From Lama glama (Eukaryota): a stretch of DNA of 64,000 nucleotides. Positions 52,170 to 64,000 of this stretch are shown piece after piece. The stretch's first letter is position 1, and each line of letters begins with the position of its first letter. Position numbers and translations under genes: made by a program. The notes under the pieces were generated by a model, which had not been told where the DNA came from, did no database searches, and saw only the letters and a list, made by a program, of their open reading frames with translations. The stretch lies in assembly GCA_028534125.1 (NCBI GenBank), contig CM052816.1, positions 31,932,001 to 31,996,000 on the forward strand, given 5' to 3'.

Positions 52170-53300
52170 AACTATAAAACTTCTCAAAGAAAACATAAGA
52201 AAAAACTCTTTGTGACCCTGAGTTAGACAAAGTTTTTTTAGATATAACACAAAAAACATAAACCATTAAAGAAAAGAACTGATAATTTGGATTTCATCAG
52301 AGTTAAGAATTTTGCTCTTTGAAAGACATTCTTGTTAAAAGAATGAAAAGAGAAAACATAGACGGGGGAATATTGTGAATCATATATCTGATAAAAGACA
52401 TGTCCATAACATAGAAATAACGCTCAAATACCATAATAAGAAAACAAACAACCCAGTTTCTTAAACTGGGCAAAGTTTGAACAGCCACGTCACCAAAAAA
52501 GATATGTGGATGGCAAATAAGCACACTAACATACTAAATATCTTTCATCATCAGAAAAACGCAAATTAAGTCCACAAGGGAATGCCACTACATACTTATT
52601 AGAATGTCTAAAATTAACAAAATTTACAAAGTATTGGAGAGAAAGTAGAGGAACTGGAATTCTCATACACTATTGGTGGGAAAGAAACTACTTCAGAAAC
52701 CAATTTGGGAGCTTCTTAGTAAGTAAAACACACAGTTACAATAAAATCCAGCCATTCCATTCCTAGGTATTTAGCCAAGAAAAATGGAAGCATATACCTA
52801 CACAAAGACTAGAACACAAATATTCATAGTAGCTTTGTTTGTAATAGCCAAACACTGTAAAGAATCCAAATACTCATCAGCAGGTGAATGGATAAACAAA
52901 CAGTGATGCATGGGTGCAATGCAATACTACTCAACTATAAAGAGAATGAACTATTGTTACACACAGCAACATGGATGAATTCAGAATAAGTACGTGAAAT
53001 GAAAAAAGTCAGACAAAAAGAGTTCACCAATATAATTTCATTTATGCGACACTCCAGAAAGTGCAAACTAATCTATAGTGACAGAAAGCAGATCAGTGGT
53101 TGCCTAGGGATAGTGTGGGGAGGAAGGAATTTCAAAGGGGCATGAGAAAACTCTTTGGGGTGGTGGATATGTTCATGTTCATTACCTTGATTTAATTGAT
53201 GATTTCACATGTGTATACATATATCAAAACGTTTAAAATTATACACAGTGAATACATGCTATTGTATGTCAGTTATGGCTTAATAAATTTGTTCTTTAAA
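52170..53300 (+). mobile_element. Old L1 (L1MC/ME-like) ORF2 end and 3' UTR
   Basis: ggtgaatggataaacaaa...gcaacatggatgaat...gacagaaagcagatcagtggttgcc. Confidence 0.85.
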
Positions 53301-54479
53301 AATAACCTACAAGACTTTGAATCTAGTACTATTTTTTTCCTATATAATATCAAAAGGTATAGATACCCTTTTCTCTCTTTTATAAAAGTCATTCTGGGAC
53401 CTCCAGATAAACAGAATTGTTATGTGATCTTTTATGTTTTAAACTGAAACATAATTTCAGTTCAAACTGAATGATCAAATATTCTGTATTAATTAAATAT
53501 TCTCTTATACAAGGTACTAACTCTCAAGTCTGCTTAGCTTAGATAATTAAAGTAAATCTGTCTAATTTTCCACAAGAAAATATCATAAATGTGGTTATGC
53601 TAAAGGCGGAAAAACAGCTATCTTTGAGGGTAGAATATCCTAATTCCCAGGAGATGCATAAAGACTTCATAAGAAATTAGAAAGTCAGCCACAGAGAACA
53701 GCTGTCTCCTTCACGAAAGCAGAAAAGGGCACACAACTCCTAATACATCCATAAAGAATTTGAATTGGCAACTCATTATTGGTTAAACAGTTAATTAAAC
53801 AGTTAAACTGACATGTGATCCCACCACACCACTTTCTTACAGTAATGAACAGGACATCATGGAGTTACAAACAATGATGATTTGGAAACTAAAAACCAAA
53901 AACCCTACCCAACAAACAGACATATATACATAAATACTCAGATTCTTATTTGTCTTAGAGTTTGAGGTGGAAAAATATGTTCTGAATTGAAACTTTAAAT
54001 CTACTTATTGGACTTAAGTTTTGGTGTTTTCCCACTGACTTCATTATATATCAAAAATATTTCCAAATAATAATAATAAAACTGTACTTAGCCCTAATTA
54101 GACACTATGATTTAACTGGAAGAAATCTAACTAGCTGATACTTACTTTTCACAAGTCATAAATCTCCCTGGATTAGTGCTTCCCAAACTTTTATACTTTG
54201 TGGCACACAGAGAAAATTACAGTATTTGCACGGAACCTCGGGTATACCAAAGAATGCTAGAGCTCATAAATTCTCATGTTTCTCCTCTTCTTTCTAAGCA
54301 CAACAGTAGACCACATTTCTCTCATATCCTCCCATGTTTCTGCCTTTATTTTTGTCTTGAAATTGTAAAGCCAAATGGCTAAGTTCCTAGCCGATGCAAT
54401 GTGAACAGAAGTGATTTACCCCACTCCTTCTGTGATTTTCCCTCTTCTCTGATCCACAGCCAAATGTTGGAGGAAGGAA

Positions 54480-55050
54480 TTACAAATAAGGAAAGGAGAG
54501 CCAGAATGAGCTCTGTGGTGTTAGATTGGAATTAGCAGTATCTGTATGAAATTATGGCTTTTGATATATATATATACAGAAGGATAGGTAGAAAAAGAAA
54601 AATAAATGTGTAAGTATGCATGTGTGAGTGTAAGCACTGGGATGGCCTAGAAGCAACAACATCCCAATATCACTGAGTACAGCTAGCACCCAGATCCTCG
54701 TTTCTAAATATCATTCTTCAATAAAAGAAATCAGGGGTCCCTAGAGAAAAGGTTGACTCTAGGGCTGGAATAAGACAAAAACAAGATGAGCCTGAAACAT
54801 ATTTATGTGTCAGAAAGTAAAGAATTGCTCAAAACAAGATATAGTCCTATTCAAAGAACACAAGAGCCAATCTCAAGGAGCTCCTGCCTAAGGACTGATG
54901 CTGGCACAATTCGAGTAATAAAATAGTGATAGTATTGGAATATAAGCCATAAATAAGATAGGCATCCATGAGCCCACAGTGATATTAATGCATAGTTGAA
55001 TGTAAAAATAAATGAGGGAAAGGGCAGCTCTTCCTTACAGAAGAATTCTA
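54480..55050 (+). mobile_element. Old L1 3' UTR (L1MC/MD-like)
   Basis: agccagaatgagctctgtggtgttagattggaatt...tccatgagccca. Confidence 0.6.
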
Positions 55051-55054
55051 CTTA

Positions 55055-56070
55055 TAAATGGTGCTGGGAAAACTGGACATCCACAAGCAAAAGAATGAAA
55101 CTGAACCCCTATCTTACACCATACACAAAAATCAACTCAAAATGGATTAAAGATTTGAACATAAGATCTGAAACCATAAAACTCCTAGAATAAAACAGAG
55201 ACAGTAAGCTCTTTGACATTGGACTTGGCCATGATTTTTTGGGATTAGGTAACAAAAGCAAAAATAAACAAGCTGGATGACATCAAACTAAAAACCTATT
55301 TGGCAAAGGAAACAATCAACAAAATGAAAAGGCAACGTATGGAATGGGAGAAAATATTTTCAAATCACATATCCCATAAGGGGTTCATATTCAAAATATA
55401 TAAGGAACTCAATAGCAAAACAACAAATAACCCAATTAAAAGTGGACAAAAGACCTGAGTAAATATTTCTTCATTTGTATAAAGACATACAAATAGCCAA
55501 CAGGTACATGAATGGTGGGAATGTTAACTAGTATAGTCACTGTGGAAAACTGTATGGTGGTTTCTCAGGAAATTAAAAATAAAACTAGCATATGATCCAG
55601 CAATCCCACTTCTCGGTATATATCCAAAGGCAACAAAACCATTTTTCTGGAAGAAATATCTGTACCCCCCTGCTCACTGCAGCATCATTTATGATAGGAA
55701 ACATCCTAAGTGTCTTTCAATGGATCAATGGATTAAGAAAATGTGATGTGATATACACACACACACACATACATATACATACATACGTACATACATCTAC
55801 ATATGCTATATATATACACATATATATCTCCACACAACTAAATATTATTCACCCTTTAAAGACAAAGAAGGACCTATCATTTGCAACCTCATGGATGAAA
55901 TTGGAAGACATTATGCTAAGTGAAATAAGCCAGACAGAAAAAGACAAACACTGCATGTGGAATTATAAGCATTTATACGTAGAGTTTTTTTTTAAATGTC
56001 AAACTCACTGAAACAGAGAGTAGAAAAGTGGCTTCCAGAGGCTGTTAAGGGGGAGAAATGGGGAGACTTT
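55055..56070 (+). mobile_element. L1 ORF2 C-terminal fragment and 3' UTR
   Basis: [37 protein letters not shown] and FATSWMKLEDIMLSEISQ in the ORF track. Confidence 0.9.
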
Positions 56071-56746
56071 GGGGAGGAAGAATTCATGTACTAACATACT
56101 AGTGAGTCACTAAAAAGGTTCCTGAGCCCTGCTCTCCTAGAGCAGAAAAACTCAAAAGCTCTAGATGGTCTGGGAGATCCTAGAAGGGACTGACATGTGC
56201 TGCTTTCCCAGGTGGGGTCCAGGGAAACAGCTCAGGAAAGAGTGGTGTGCCGTGTCTAGGCGGATAGGGCTCAGTGTGGTGTACAGTAGCAGAGGATTCC
56301 TGGTGGCCAAGAAAGGCCCAGAACTGGCAGAGTTATACATATGACCTGAAGGTGTTGTGCAGCTGGGACTGAGCAATGAAAGACTCAGAAGTGACCTATG
56401 TTGTTTGACGACCAAGAATCAGAAACCCTTCCTACAGTTCCTGATGCCTTGATGCCCGTAAAGTTCTCCAGAGTTTAGAAGCAAGACTAGGGGTGAATTA
56501 AGACTAAGACTGAATTAACTGAGGTTAAGTTAATTACAGAGGCATTAAGTCCTGTATATCTGAATCTGGAGAATGAAATTTGTCCGCATTGCGTGAGTTT
56601 TCAGTAATTATAAAATTTCTTCTAGTTCTATCATTTATTATATATATAATTAAAAATACATAAAAATGCATATTTTGGTAATATTTTGTATACATATCTA
56701 CCTACCTATCTGCATAGTTATCAGCTTAAAGAGTATATCAATTAGA

Positions 56747-56765
56747 TGGCCACTAGGTGGTACTA
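56747..56765 (+). promoter_or_regulatory. Candidate CTCF site
   Basis: TGGCCACTAGGTGGTACTA versus consensus CCACYAGRKGGCRC, one core mismatch. Confidence 0.5.
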
Positions 56766-58530
56766 GAAGCTGTCTTTTCTCTAGGCCCTCCTCGAACATC
56801 ACTGATTTTAATATACAACTGTGAATTACTGTAATAACAGCAGTAACCGGAGTAAAGGTTGAGATGGCAACAGTTGGGTTCATATGAGGCAGTGCTTATA
56901 CTTAACACTCACAAAAACAGACTCTCACTGAAAGAAGCTATCAGCTAGTTTGCATGCTTCCTCTTTTTCTCATCCACCACCATGTCATCATAGAATATCC
57001 CAATCGTTACCTGAAACATTGAACACTATATATTCAAAGCTCAGAGAAAACTTTAAACATACATGGTCTCTTAGGTCTCAGAGTTTAATTTTTAAATGAG
57101 TATTTTTACAGGTTGTGCCTCAAAAACATCTGAGAAACCCTTAAACCAACTCCCAAACACTAAAACTCAGCCCCCAAATGTGAACACAGTGGACCAGCAA
57201 ATACGCTGTGTAACTTACCCAGGACCTGCTATCCCATGCTAAGGATGACTGAGGAGAGGAAGAAGGTCACCTCTTTCTGGTTGTCCTGCTATTTTATTTT
57301 TAAATAGATGTGATTTTAAAGAGATGCTCAGTAAAAGGGAAAGAAGAAGTATGGAAAAGCTCACAGGGAAGAACTTTCTAAACAAAGGGTTGGTGTCAAA
57401 GACAAAGTACCATGTCACAGTCCTCAAGACCACTCATTGGGAACATGAAGAAGCAGGCTGAAGGAAACAAGGAACAAAGTAGGATCCACAGTGATCCATG
57501 TGAGTCCAGTCTATGGTCAGGTAGCAGAGGAAATTTACATTACTGAGCAGAAGAACCACCGTATGGTCTGGAGGACAGGAGTGAGAAAAATGTCTGCTGG
57601 CATACGAGCTTGTAGAGTTGTAAGGAAATGATGCTGTTAGGAGGCCAGTCAAGAGTAGGCTGCAAAGATCAAGTTAAGGATTTAACTGTGATTATAAAAA
57701 GAATCAGATGAGAATCTATGAAAGGAAGCAGTAGAGTTGGGAGCAAGACGCCCTTAGGTTTCTCCCTCAGGATACGGTTCAGAAGAACTATATGAAGAGG
57801 GAGAGCCTGTCTATCTATGGAGCCCTCTCCTGGGAACCCCCTCCTGGGACCTTCTAAAGAGAAGAAAACATCAAAAACCTGCTGAAACAAAAAAGATTTA
57901 TCACTATTTAATGTTTCCAATTTATTAAAGAATCTAGCTTTTAAAGCTTAGGCTAAATTTAGTCTTGGACGTAGTTGAAGAATTAGATACCATTTTCTCG
58001 AGATTGATAGTATACTTACACCTCACAAAATAATGAGTTTATTTTCCCCATGGCATGCTTAGTACTTTGTAAATATAATACTTTGTCTCTCACTGATATT
58101 TTTCTTTAAAATTTTCACAAGCAAAATCCTGGTAATCACTGAATCTGGGTAATGAGTATACGGGTTCTCTTTGTACCATTCTCATCACTTTGAAATGTTT
58201 GAAAATGTTGATAATTTAAAGAAAATAATTAAAACTCTTTCCCACTCCAACAAGTATCAAGTAAATAAACTTACTTCACATGTGGGACAAGTTAAAACAG
58301 GAATGTTTCTTCAGGAAATGCAACCACCTTGTTTGAAGAGATCCTTTGAAAGTAGTCAACTTCAGTAATAGCATCAAAAGAAAGACCAGCCTGGTAACCT
58401 CTGGTTGAAAAATACTGTTTAAGAATAATCCTTGCCAGATGTTTTGAGGACTTTTTTTTCATGCCAACTTCGACAAATTGGCTTATGGCTAACATTGGAA
58501 GGGAAGGGGGCTACATAATTAAAAGGAGAT

Positions 58531-58894
58531 TGTATTAGTCATCTCAGGCTGCTGAGACAAAATACCACAGACTGTCATAGCGCTGGAGGCTGGGAAGCCC
58601 AAAATCAGTGTCCAGCAAGATCCAGTTCTGATGAGAGCTCTCTTTCCGGCTTGCAAATAGCCACCTTCTCCCTTTGTGCTCACATGGCCTTTCCTTGGTG
58701 TCTGTATGTGTGCAAACTCTTTCATGTCTCCCCTCATGAGGGCACTAATCCCATCATGAAAGCCCCATCCCACATAGCCTCATCAATCTCAAATTATCTC
58801 CCAAAGGCTCCATCCCCAAGTACTATCACATTAGGGATTAGGGCTTCAACATCTGAATTTGGGATGGGGGGAACATAAACTTCAGTCCATAACA
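58531..58894 (-). mobile_element. MaLR solo LTR (MLT1A-like)
   Basis: tgtattagtc...ggctgct...aaaataccacagactg...gggattagggcttcaacat...ttcagtccataaca. Confidence 0.85.
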
Positions 58895-60459
58895 GAGGTG
58901 GGAAGAATTGCAGAGTATGTGTTAAAATTCATATTGACTCCAACTGATTCAAGTTTCACCAAACTGTTGTCTAACATTAATCCCTCTGTATTCCCCTTCC
59001 TATAATAACTAGTCCATAACCTAGGGTAGCAGAGCCCACGAAGTGCACTGGATTCACATGGGTGTTTGGACTTTTCTTCAGCCCCTTCCTCTACTCTTGC
59101 CCACAAGATCTACCTAGTGGACCACTTTCATAAAATTTTAAATCAGTGCTAAATACTGAGTAGTCTTCAAGGGTCATTTCCATTTTAATCAGGGAGTCTT
59201 AAAAAGGAATCTCCAAAGTACAAAGAAACAAATCTCTTCTAGTATAATTTCGGGAAATGCTATAGCTAGTGAGGAGTTTGCAAACTTGGGATTCCATCTC
59301 ATTATGCCCTAAATCACTACACAGAAGTAATTATTACTCTCTTCTTTGAGACAGACTCTTGCCTAAAACTAACACAATATTATAAGTCACCAGTATTTCA
59401 ATTAAAAAAAGAATTAGGTAACACATGAACAGAGGACAATTCTGCCTTATTAATAATTTGCCAGTGTAATGAACGAGTGACACTTTAACTATGGCAAATG
59501 AATCATGGAATTTTAGAAATAAAAGGGACCATTAGAATTCAAGCAAATCATTTTACAGATGAGGAAACAATAGTTTAGCTTAGTTGGATGGATTTCCAAT
59601 ACTGTATAATTACCTGAAGACTCAAGACTAGAATGCCTATCTACCACATCATTTCACGTCAGTGCTCCAGTTGTTTCTCAAATCATCAGACATCAAGATC
59701 AGCCTCTGGCAACACAGCCTCACTCTGGACCTGTTAATGGGGAGGTAGATGGGGGGGGCCATTTCCTCACCAGCAAACCTTTATATTCTTAGCCTTGAGC
59801 AAGCAATTCTGCAGGTTTCATGCTGTGTTGGGCCTCAAAGATTAGTTCATGGCTTCCTGTTAGACAAACCACACATGTTGAATTGCCAGCTGTTGCCACC
59901 CCACATTCATCAGGCACTTTCCAGGTAGGTACATGTCTTATTGCTTCCTTAATTACCAACGCACCAATGAAATAACAAGCGCAAGTCTCTTCGTACCTTC
60001 ACAGGCTCCTGGAAAGGTCCGACCTTAAAGACATCTGTAGAGTCACTGGAGAAATGCTGGATTTAATAAATATTTCAGACACAAATCTACCAACTCTCTT
60101 AGGTCTCTTCTATCACCTGGTGTGACTATGGTAGATATGCCTCTCCTGGAGAGCTGAGTCTGTCTGGATTTCAGGACTTGGCTACTGGGAGCAGTTAAGA
60201 ATGTGGAAATAGTGTTGCCCATTCATTGCTTCCATGTTGGTTTGAGGTTATGGAGAAAAAGGTAACATCAGCTCTTGGATGGATTAATAAGGAAGAGTGT
60301 TAAAAGTGTTTGGGATATTGTGGAAATTTTCAATACAAAATAAACAGAATAGTATAATGAATCCCCATGTACTCATCACCCAGCCTCAAGAATCAGCCAT
60401 TCTCAACCCATCTGTACCTCCATACACTCCCCACTCTTATTCAATTATCTGGGGGAAAA

Positions 60460-60600
60460 AACCAAGAAACATATTTCTTACAGTTCTGGAGGCTGGAAGT
60501 TCAAGGTCAAGGCACCAGCATAGTCTCCTTCTCTGGTGAGGACCTCCTTCCTGGCTTTTAGCTGGTGCCTTCTCACTGCATCCTTACATGGTGGGAGGAG
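60460..60600 (-). mobile_element. MaLR LTR fragment
   Basis: tttcttacagttctggaggctggaagttcaaggtcaagg...tctggtgaggacc. Confidence 0.7.
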
Positions 60601-60730
60601 CCTATCATTTTTTAAAGGAGGATGTATATATACTGAAATGCCCAATTAGCTATATAATTTGGAAATGGATACACCCATGTAACACATGCCCTACGATCTC
60701 CTTTTGGTCACATTTAAAATATGTAAATTG

Positions 60731-60772
60731 CACAACATTGTAAAATGACTATTACTCAATAAAAAAATAAAT
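60731..60772 (+). mobile_element. Ultra-short young L1 3' terminus with perfect 15-bp TSD
   Basis: cacaacattgtaaaatgactattactcaataaaaaaataaat; TSD aaaatatgtaaattg at 60716-60730 and 60773-60787. Confidence 0.9.
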
Positions 60773-61469
60773 AAAATATGTAAATTGGTAGATAAGGAAA
60801 TAACATAGGTTTTTAGCTTTTCTCATTTTCAGATCATGAAGCATTGCTGTGGATGTCCCTCATTCGGAAATTTCTTCCCTTTAGCCTCCTCTCTTCCCTT
60901 TTCAGCACTGCAAGGTTAACCCTTCTCCCTCACCTTTGATTTGAACACTGTTTGCCTCTGCACATTGGCTCCAGGTTTCTGCCTAGCAACTTAGATTTGA
61001 GGAACCAAATGAGATTTTCTGTAATTTCTTCATCGGCTTTGTCCATCTCAGATAAGAAGCCTGCTCCAAACCCCTCCCAGAACCCAGCAGCCAAGCTCAC
61101 TTTTGACTGCTTTGCCTCAGAGGAGAAACAGAGCAGTCCAGGCTTCCAGGCCCACCCAGGCACCACCTGGAACTGAAAAGGGGCACAGGAGGAACAGAAA
61201 TAAAATGCATTCTTCCCTGATCACTTCAAGTATGATGAATAGAAGGTGAATGAAATGGGGAAGATTATGAGAAATGCCTCAAGTCTTTCCTGATCAAAAA
61301 TAAGGAAAGAAAAGTAAGGCTTCTGAGCTGAGAGTGTCAGGGTAACTGTTTTTGCTATAACTATTCTCCAGCTAAGGTATGTATTTCAGCCAGATATACA
61401 GCCCAATACACACTCTTTTTATAATGTATTCCAGAAAAAAACACACATGCACAAATGAAAGTTTGCTGA

Positions 61470-61645
61470 GGGAATGGTACAGCTCAAGCGGTCGAGTGTG
61501 TGCTTAGCATGCACAAGGTCCTGGGTTCAATCCCCAGTACCTCCTCTAAAAATAAATAAACCTAATTACCTCCTCCCACACACACCAAAAACAAACAAAA
61601 AAGCCCAAAAATAAAATAAAATGCTGGCTTAAAAAAATTAAAAAG
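61470..61645 (+). mobile_element. tRNA-Ala(AGC)-derived SINE, long form
   Basis: gtacagctcaagcggtcgagtgtgtgcttagcatgcacaaggtcctgggttcaatccccagtacctcc + aataaacctaattacctcc + A-rich tail; TSD gtttgctga at 61461-61469 and 61646-61654. Confidence 0.88.
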
Positions 61646-62409
61646 GTTTGCTGAAATAATATGTAAGACTACTAAGTTAAATACATTAAGATATTTTTTC
61701 TTTTCCTTTTTTTTTTTTTTGGTCATTAAAAAAAATCTGGTCACCATCAACTAAAGGGATTTTGTATTTTGTGGGCTGCAATCTAAAGTTTGAAAACTAC
61801 TGTCCTGGGGCTTTGCCTAAGATGCTGGGTTGGAATGCTTCTCTCTGAGGCTCCAAGACTCACCATCTCTTTCACTGGGGGCCAGTTTGATCCTTTGGAA
61901 AGTATGGTTGCTCAGCTTAAATCCAGGCTATGTGGACTCCTGACAAGAGATACTGTTCAGCTGGGGATTATTTAACGCCAACCGATACTGAGTACCTGCC
62001 AGATGGACAGCTCCTTTTCACAGCCCGCCAGACCCACCAGAGCTGGGGTGGAGGTGGCTGGGGAGTCCATCGTGGTCAGAGGTAACGAGACAGTGATGAT
62101 GATGCACAGCCGAGCACACACTCCACACTCGGCTGCCCCAAGATTCCCTGCTGTGTTTGCCACACCCTTTAGCTGCAAGAAGAAATGCAAGCCCCTTACA
62201 TATAAGAGGTGCTGTGCGTGCAGAGAAAACACCAGACCCCTTCTCCAGAGAGATCTGAATCTAAATGCTGTTTAGCTAACTTCTATATCTGAAACCAGAA
62301 AGAAAAATGTAAAACATTTTAAAAGAGAAGGTCTGATGATAGCTATCCCAAAATAAAGGCCCTGGAAATATTACGATGCATAGCCTGATCCAGGTTTCTA
62401 ATAAAAATA

Positions 62410-62625
62410 ATAATAGTTATGTTTCACTGGGCTCTTCCTAGTGATCCATATAATGTGCTTTATATGAATTTCATCCTGGGGTTTCACAATAGCCTTAGGA
62501 GATTAAGTAATACTATGACCCCCATTTTATAGACAAGGAGACTGAAACTCTGAGCAGTTCAGTAATTTGTCCAGGATCACCCAGGAAGTAATCAGCAGAG
62601 ACAGGATTTGAACTCAGGCCACATG
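62410..62625. mobile_element. MIR
   Basis: cccattttatagacaaggagactgaaactc...taatttgtccaggatcac...aggatttgaactcagg. Confidence 0.8.
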
Positions 62626-62629
62626 ATTC

Positions 62630-63061
62630 TGTGTGGGAACAGAGATGTGCCACTCAATCCCCTTTCAAGAGAGGACTTGTTGTCTAGTTGCTGAGAGTGT
62701 CATCAGGGGCAGCCTTTATCTGTCAAACTCTTCAGGGGTTGACTCAGCCTCGAAGAAACTCCTTGACCAGAGTCACGACTTTCTCAGAGCAGCCTACACC
62801 CCTGACTGACTGAGGTAGAGATATGAAGGCCCAGCCATGACAGACCAACATAGGACAACTCTAAATGATCATTTTAACTCTAGCTTCCTGCAGAGTCAAC
62901 TAAGATTGCCCATCAGGTCCATACCAAGCTGCACATCTCCCACTACCGAATCTTCCTTCCTTTCTCTTCTTTCCACAGTCCTTTCCAAGACACTCCTTAA
63001 GAGGGATCCTGCCCACCAATTCTATCTCCAGGTATCTTCCCTGAGAACCAAAACTGTAGCA
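62630..63061 (+). mobile_element. ERVL-type LTR (LTR16-like)
   Basis: tg...ca ends; 3' end tctatctccaggtatcttccctgagaaccaaaactgtagca. Confidence 0.55.
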
Positions 63062-63069
63062 AGGAAAAA

Positions 63070-64000
63070 TGTTCTCAATGGGCAGAGCTTCAAGAGGTCA
63101 TCTACTGTGTATAGAGAGAAATGGCCCAAGTTAGAATATATACAGACTCATGGCCAGTGGCAAATGGCCTAGCCACCTGGTGAAGAGCATGAAAGAAGAA
63201 AGACTGGAAACACAGGGAGACAAGAGGACGAGGTAGAGACATATGAGTGGACAAAAATGGGAAGAACTTTCTATCATATATTTAAGTCCACCAAAGAGCA
63301 TCCACCACAGAAGAGGCACTAAGCAACCAAGTAGATAAAATGACTCAGCCAGGTGACATCAGCCAGGTCCTGTCATCAGCCACCCCAGTACCAGCATAAG
63401 GGGCATATGAATGAAGTAGCCGTGGTGACAGAAACGGAGGCTGTGCCTGGGCCAAGTGACATGGGCACCCACTGAACAAAGGCTGATGTTGCTGCTACTG
63501 CTGCCAAATGTCCAGCAGGCCATTAACAGAGATTAATGCTCGGGCTCTAACATGGCACCATTCCTTGAGATGAACTGATCATCTGGTGGCAAGTTGACTA
63601 TATTGAGCCACTTCCAGTCTGAAAAGGCCAGTGATTCATGCTCTCATCAGACACTTATTTCTGGTATGGGTTTTCCCTGCCTATCTGTAGGGCTTCAGCC
63701 AGTATTACTATCCATGCTTACAGAGTGTGTGCTCTATGGACATGGCATCCCACATAACACTGTGTCACATCAGTTAACTCACATTATCTGAAACACAGAA
63801 GGGGGCTCATGACCATGGGATCCACTGGTCATATCACATGCTGCACCACCAAGAAGCTTCTGGTAAGAGAAGTAGAAGAGCCTCTTAGAAGCACAGCTAA
63901 AGTGCCACTTTGAAGGCGATACTTTATGAAGATGGGGGACCACCCTCCAGGACATAGGATACACCTGAACCAAACACTTTATATAGTGCTGCAACCTCAT
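63070..64000 (+). mobile_element. Class III (ERVL / MaLR-internal) pol remnant: RNase H and integrase
   Basis: Frameshifted motifs VRIYTDSWPVANGLATW (about 63130-63180) and WWQVDYIEPLP (about 63584-63616). Confidence 0.8.

Noticed and set aside
61470..61545. Apparent tRNA-Ala genes here and at 51377-51450 and 44468-44533
   Set aside because: They have A-rich tails, TSDs and stem-breaking substitutions, so they are SINE heads
62107..62135. cagccgag...ctcggctg inverted repeat
   Set aside because: Only an 8-bp stem, with no RNA-gene features; compatible with chance
1..64000. CRISPR arrays, operons or another novel multi-gene system
   Set aside because: Eukaryotic intron-exon locus; no repeat-spacer array and no second supported protein-coding gene

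Overview
This is mammalian genomic DNA, most likely a camelid (inferred from tRNA-Ala-derived SINEs, the young L1 3' UTR type, and no recognisable Alu, B1/B2 or BovB). The minus strand carries the 5' part of YTHDC2 (DExH RNA helicase / YTH m6A-family protein). I resolved 24 coding exons from the ATG at 49082 down to 1213. All have GT-AG introns and consistent phases, totalling 3351 nt (1117 codons): R3H, RecA1, ankyrin insert, RecA2, HA2 and OB-fold. The remaining exons, including the YTH domain, lie beyond position 1. A CpG-island promoter with a perfect CRE sits at about 48.6-49.4 kb. Introns and the 15 kb upstream are mostly transposon relics: L1 of several ages, L2, MIR, a near full-length Tigger1 plus a deleted derivative, hAT MITEs, MaLR LTRs and an ERVL-type pol remnant. 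There are two 100-N assembly gaps. I found no convincing new multi-gene system. The best leads are candidate poison exons in intron 2, two ultra-short L1 insertions sharing one breakpoint, inverted or nested L1 structures, NAGNAG acceptors and a possible decayed env. Repeat family names come from recalled consensus sequences, not a database search, and repeat boundaries are approximate.
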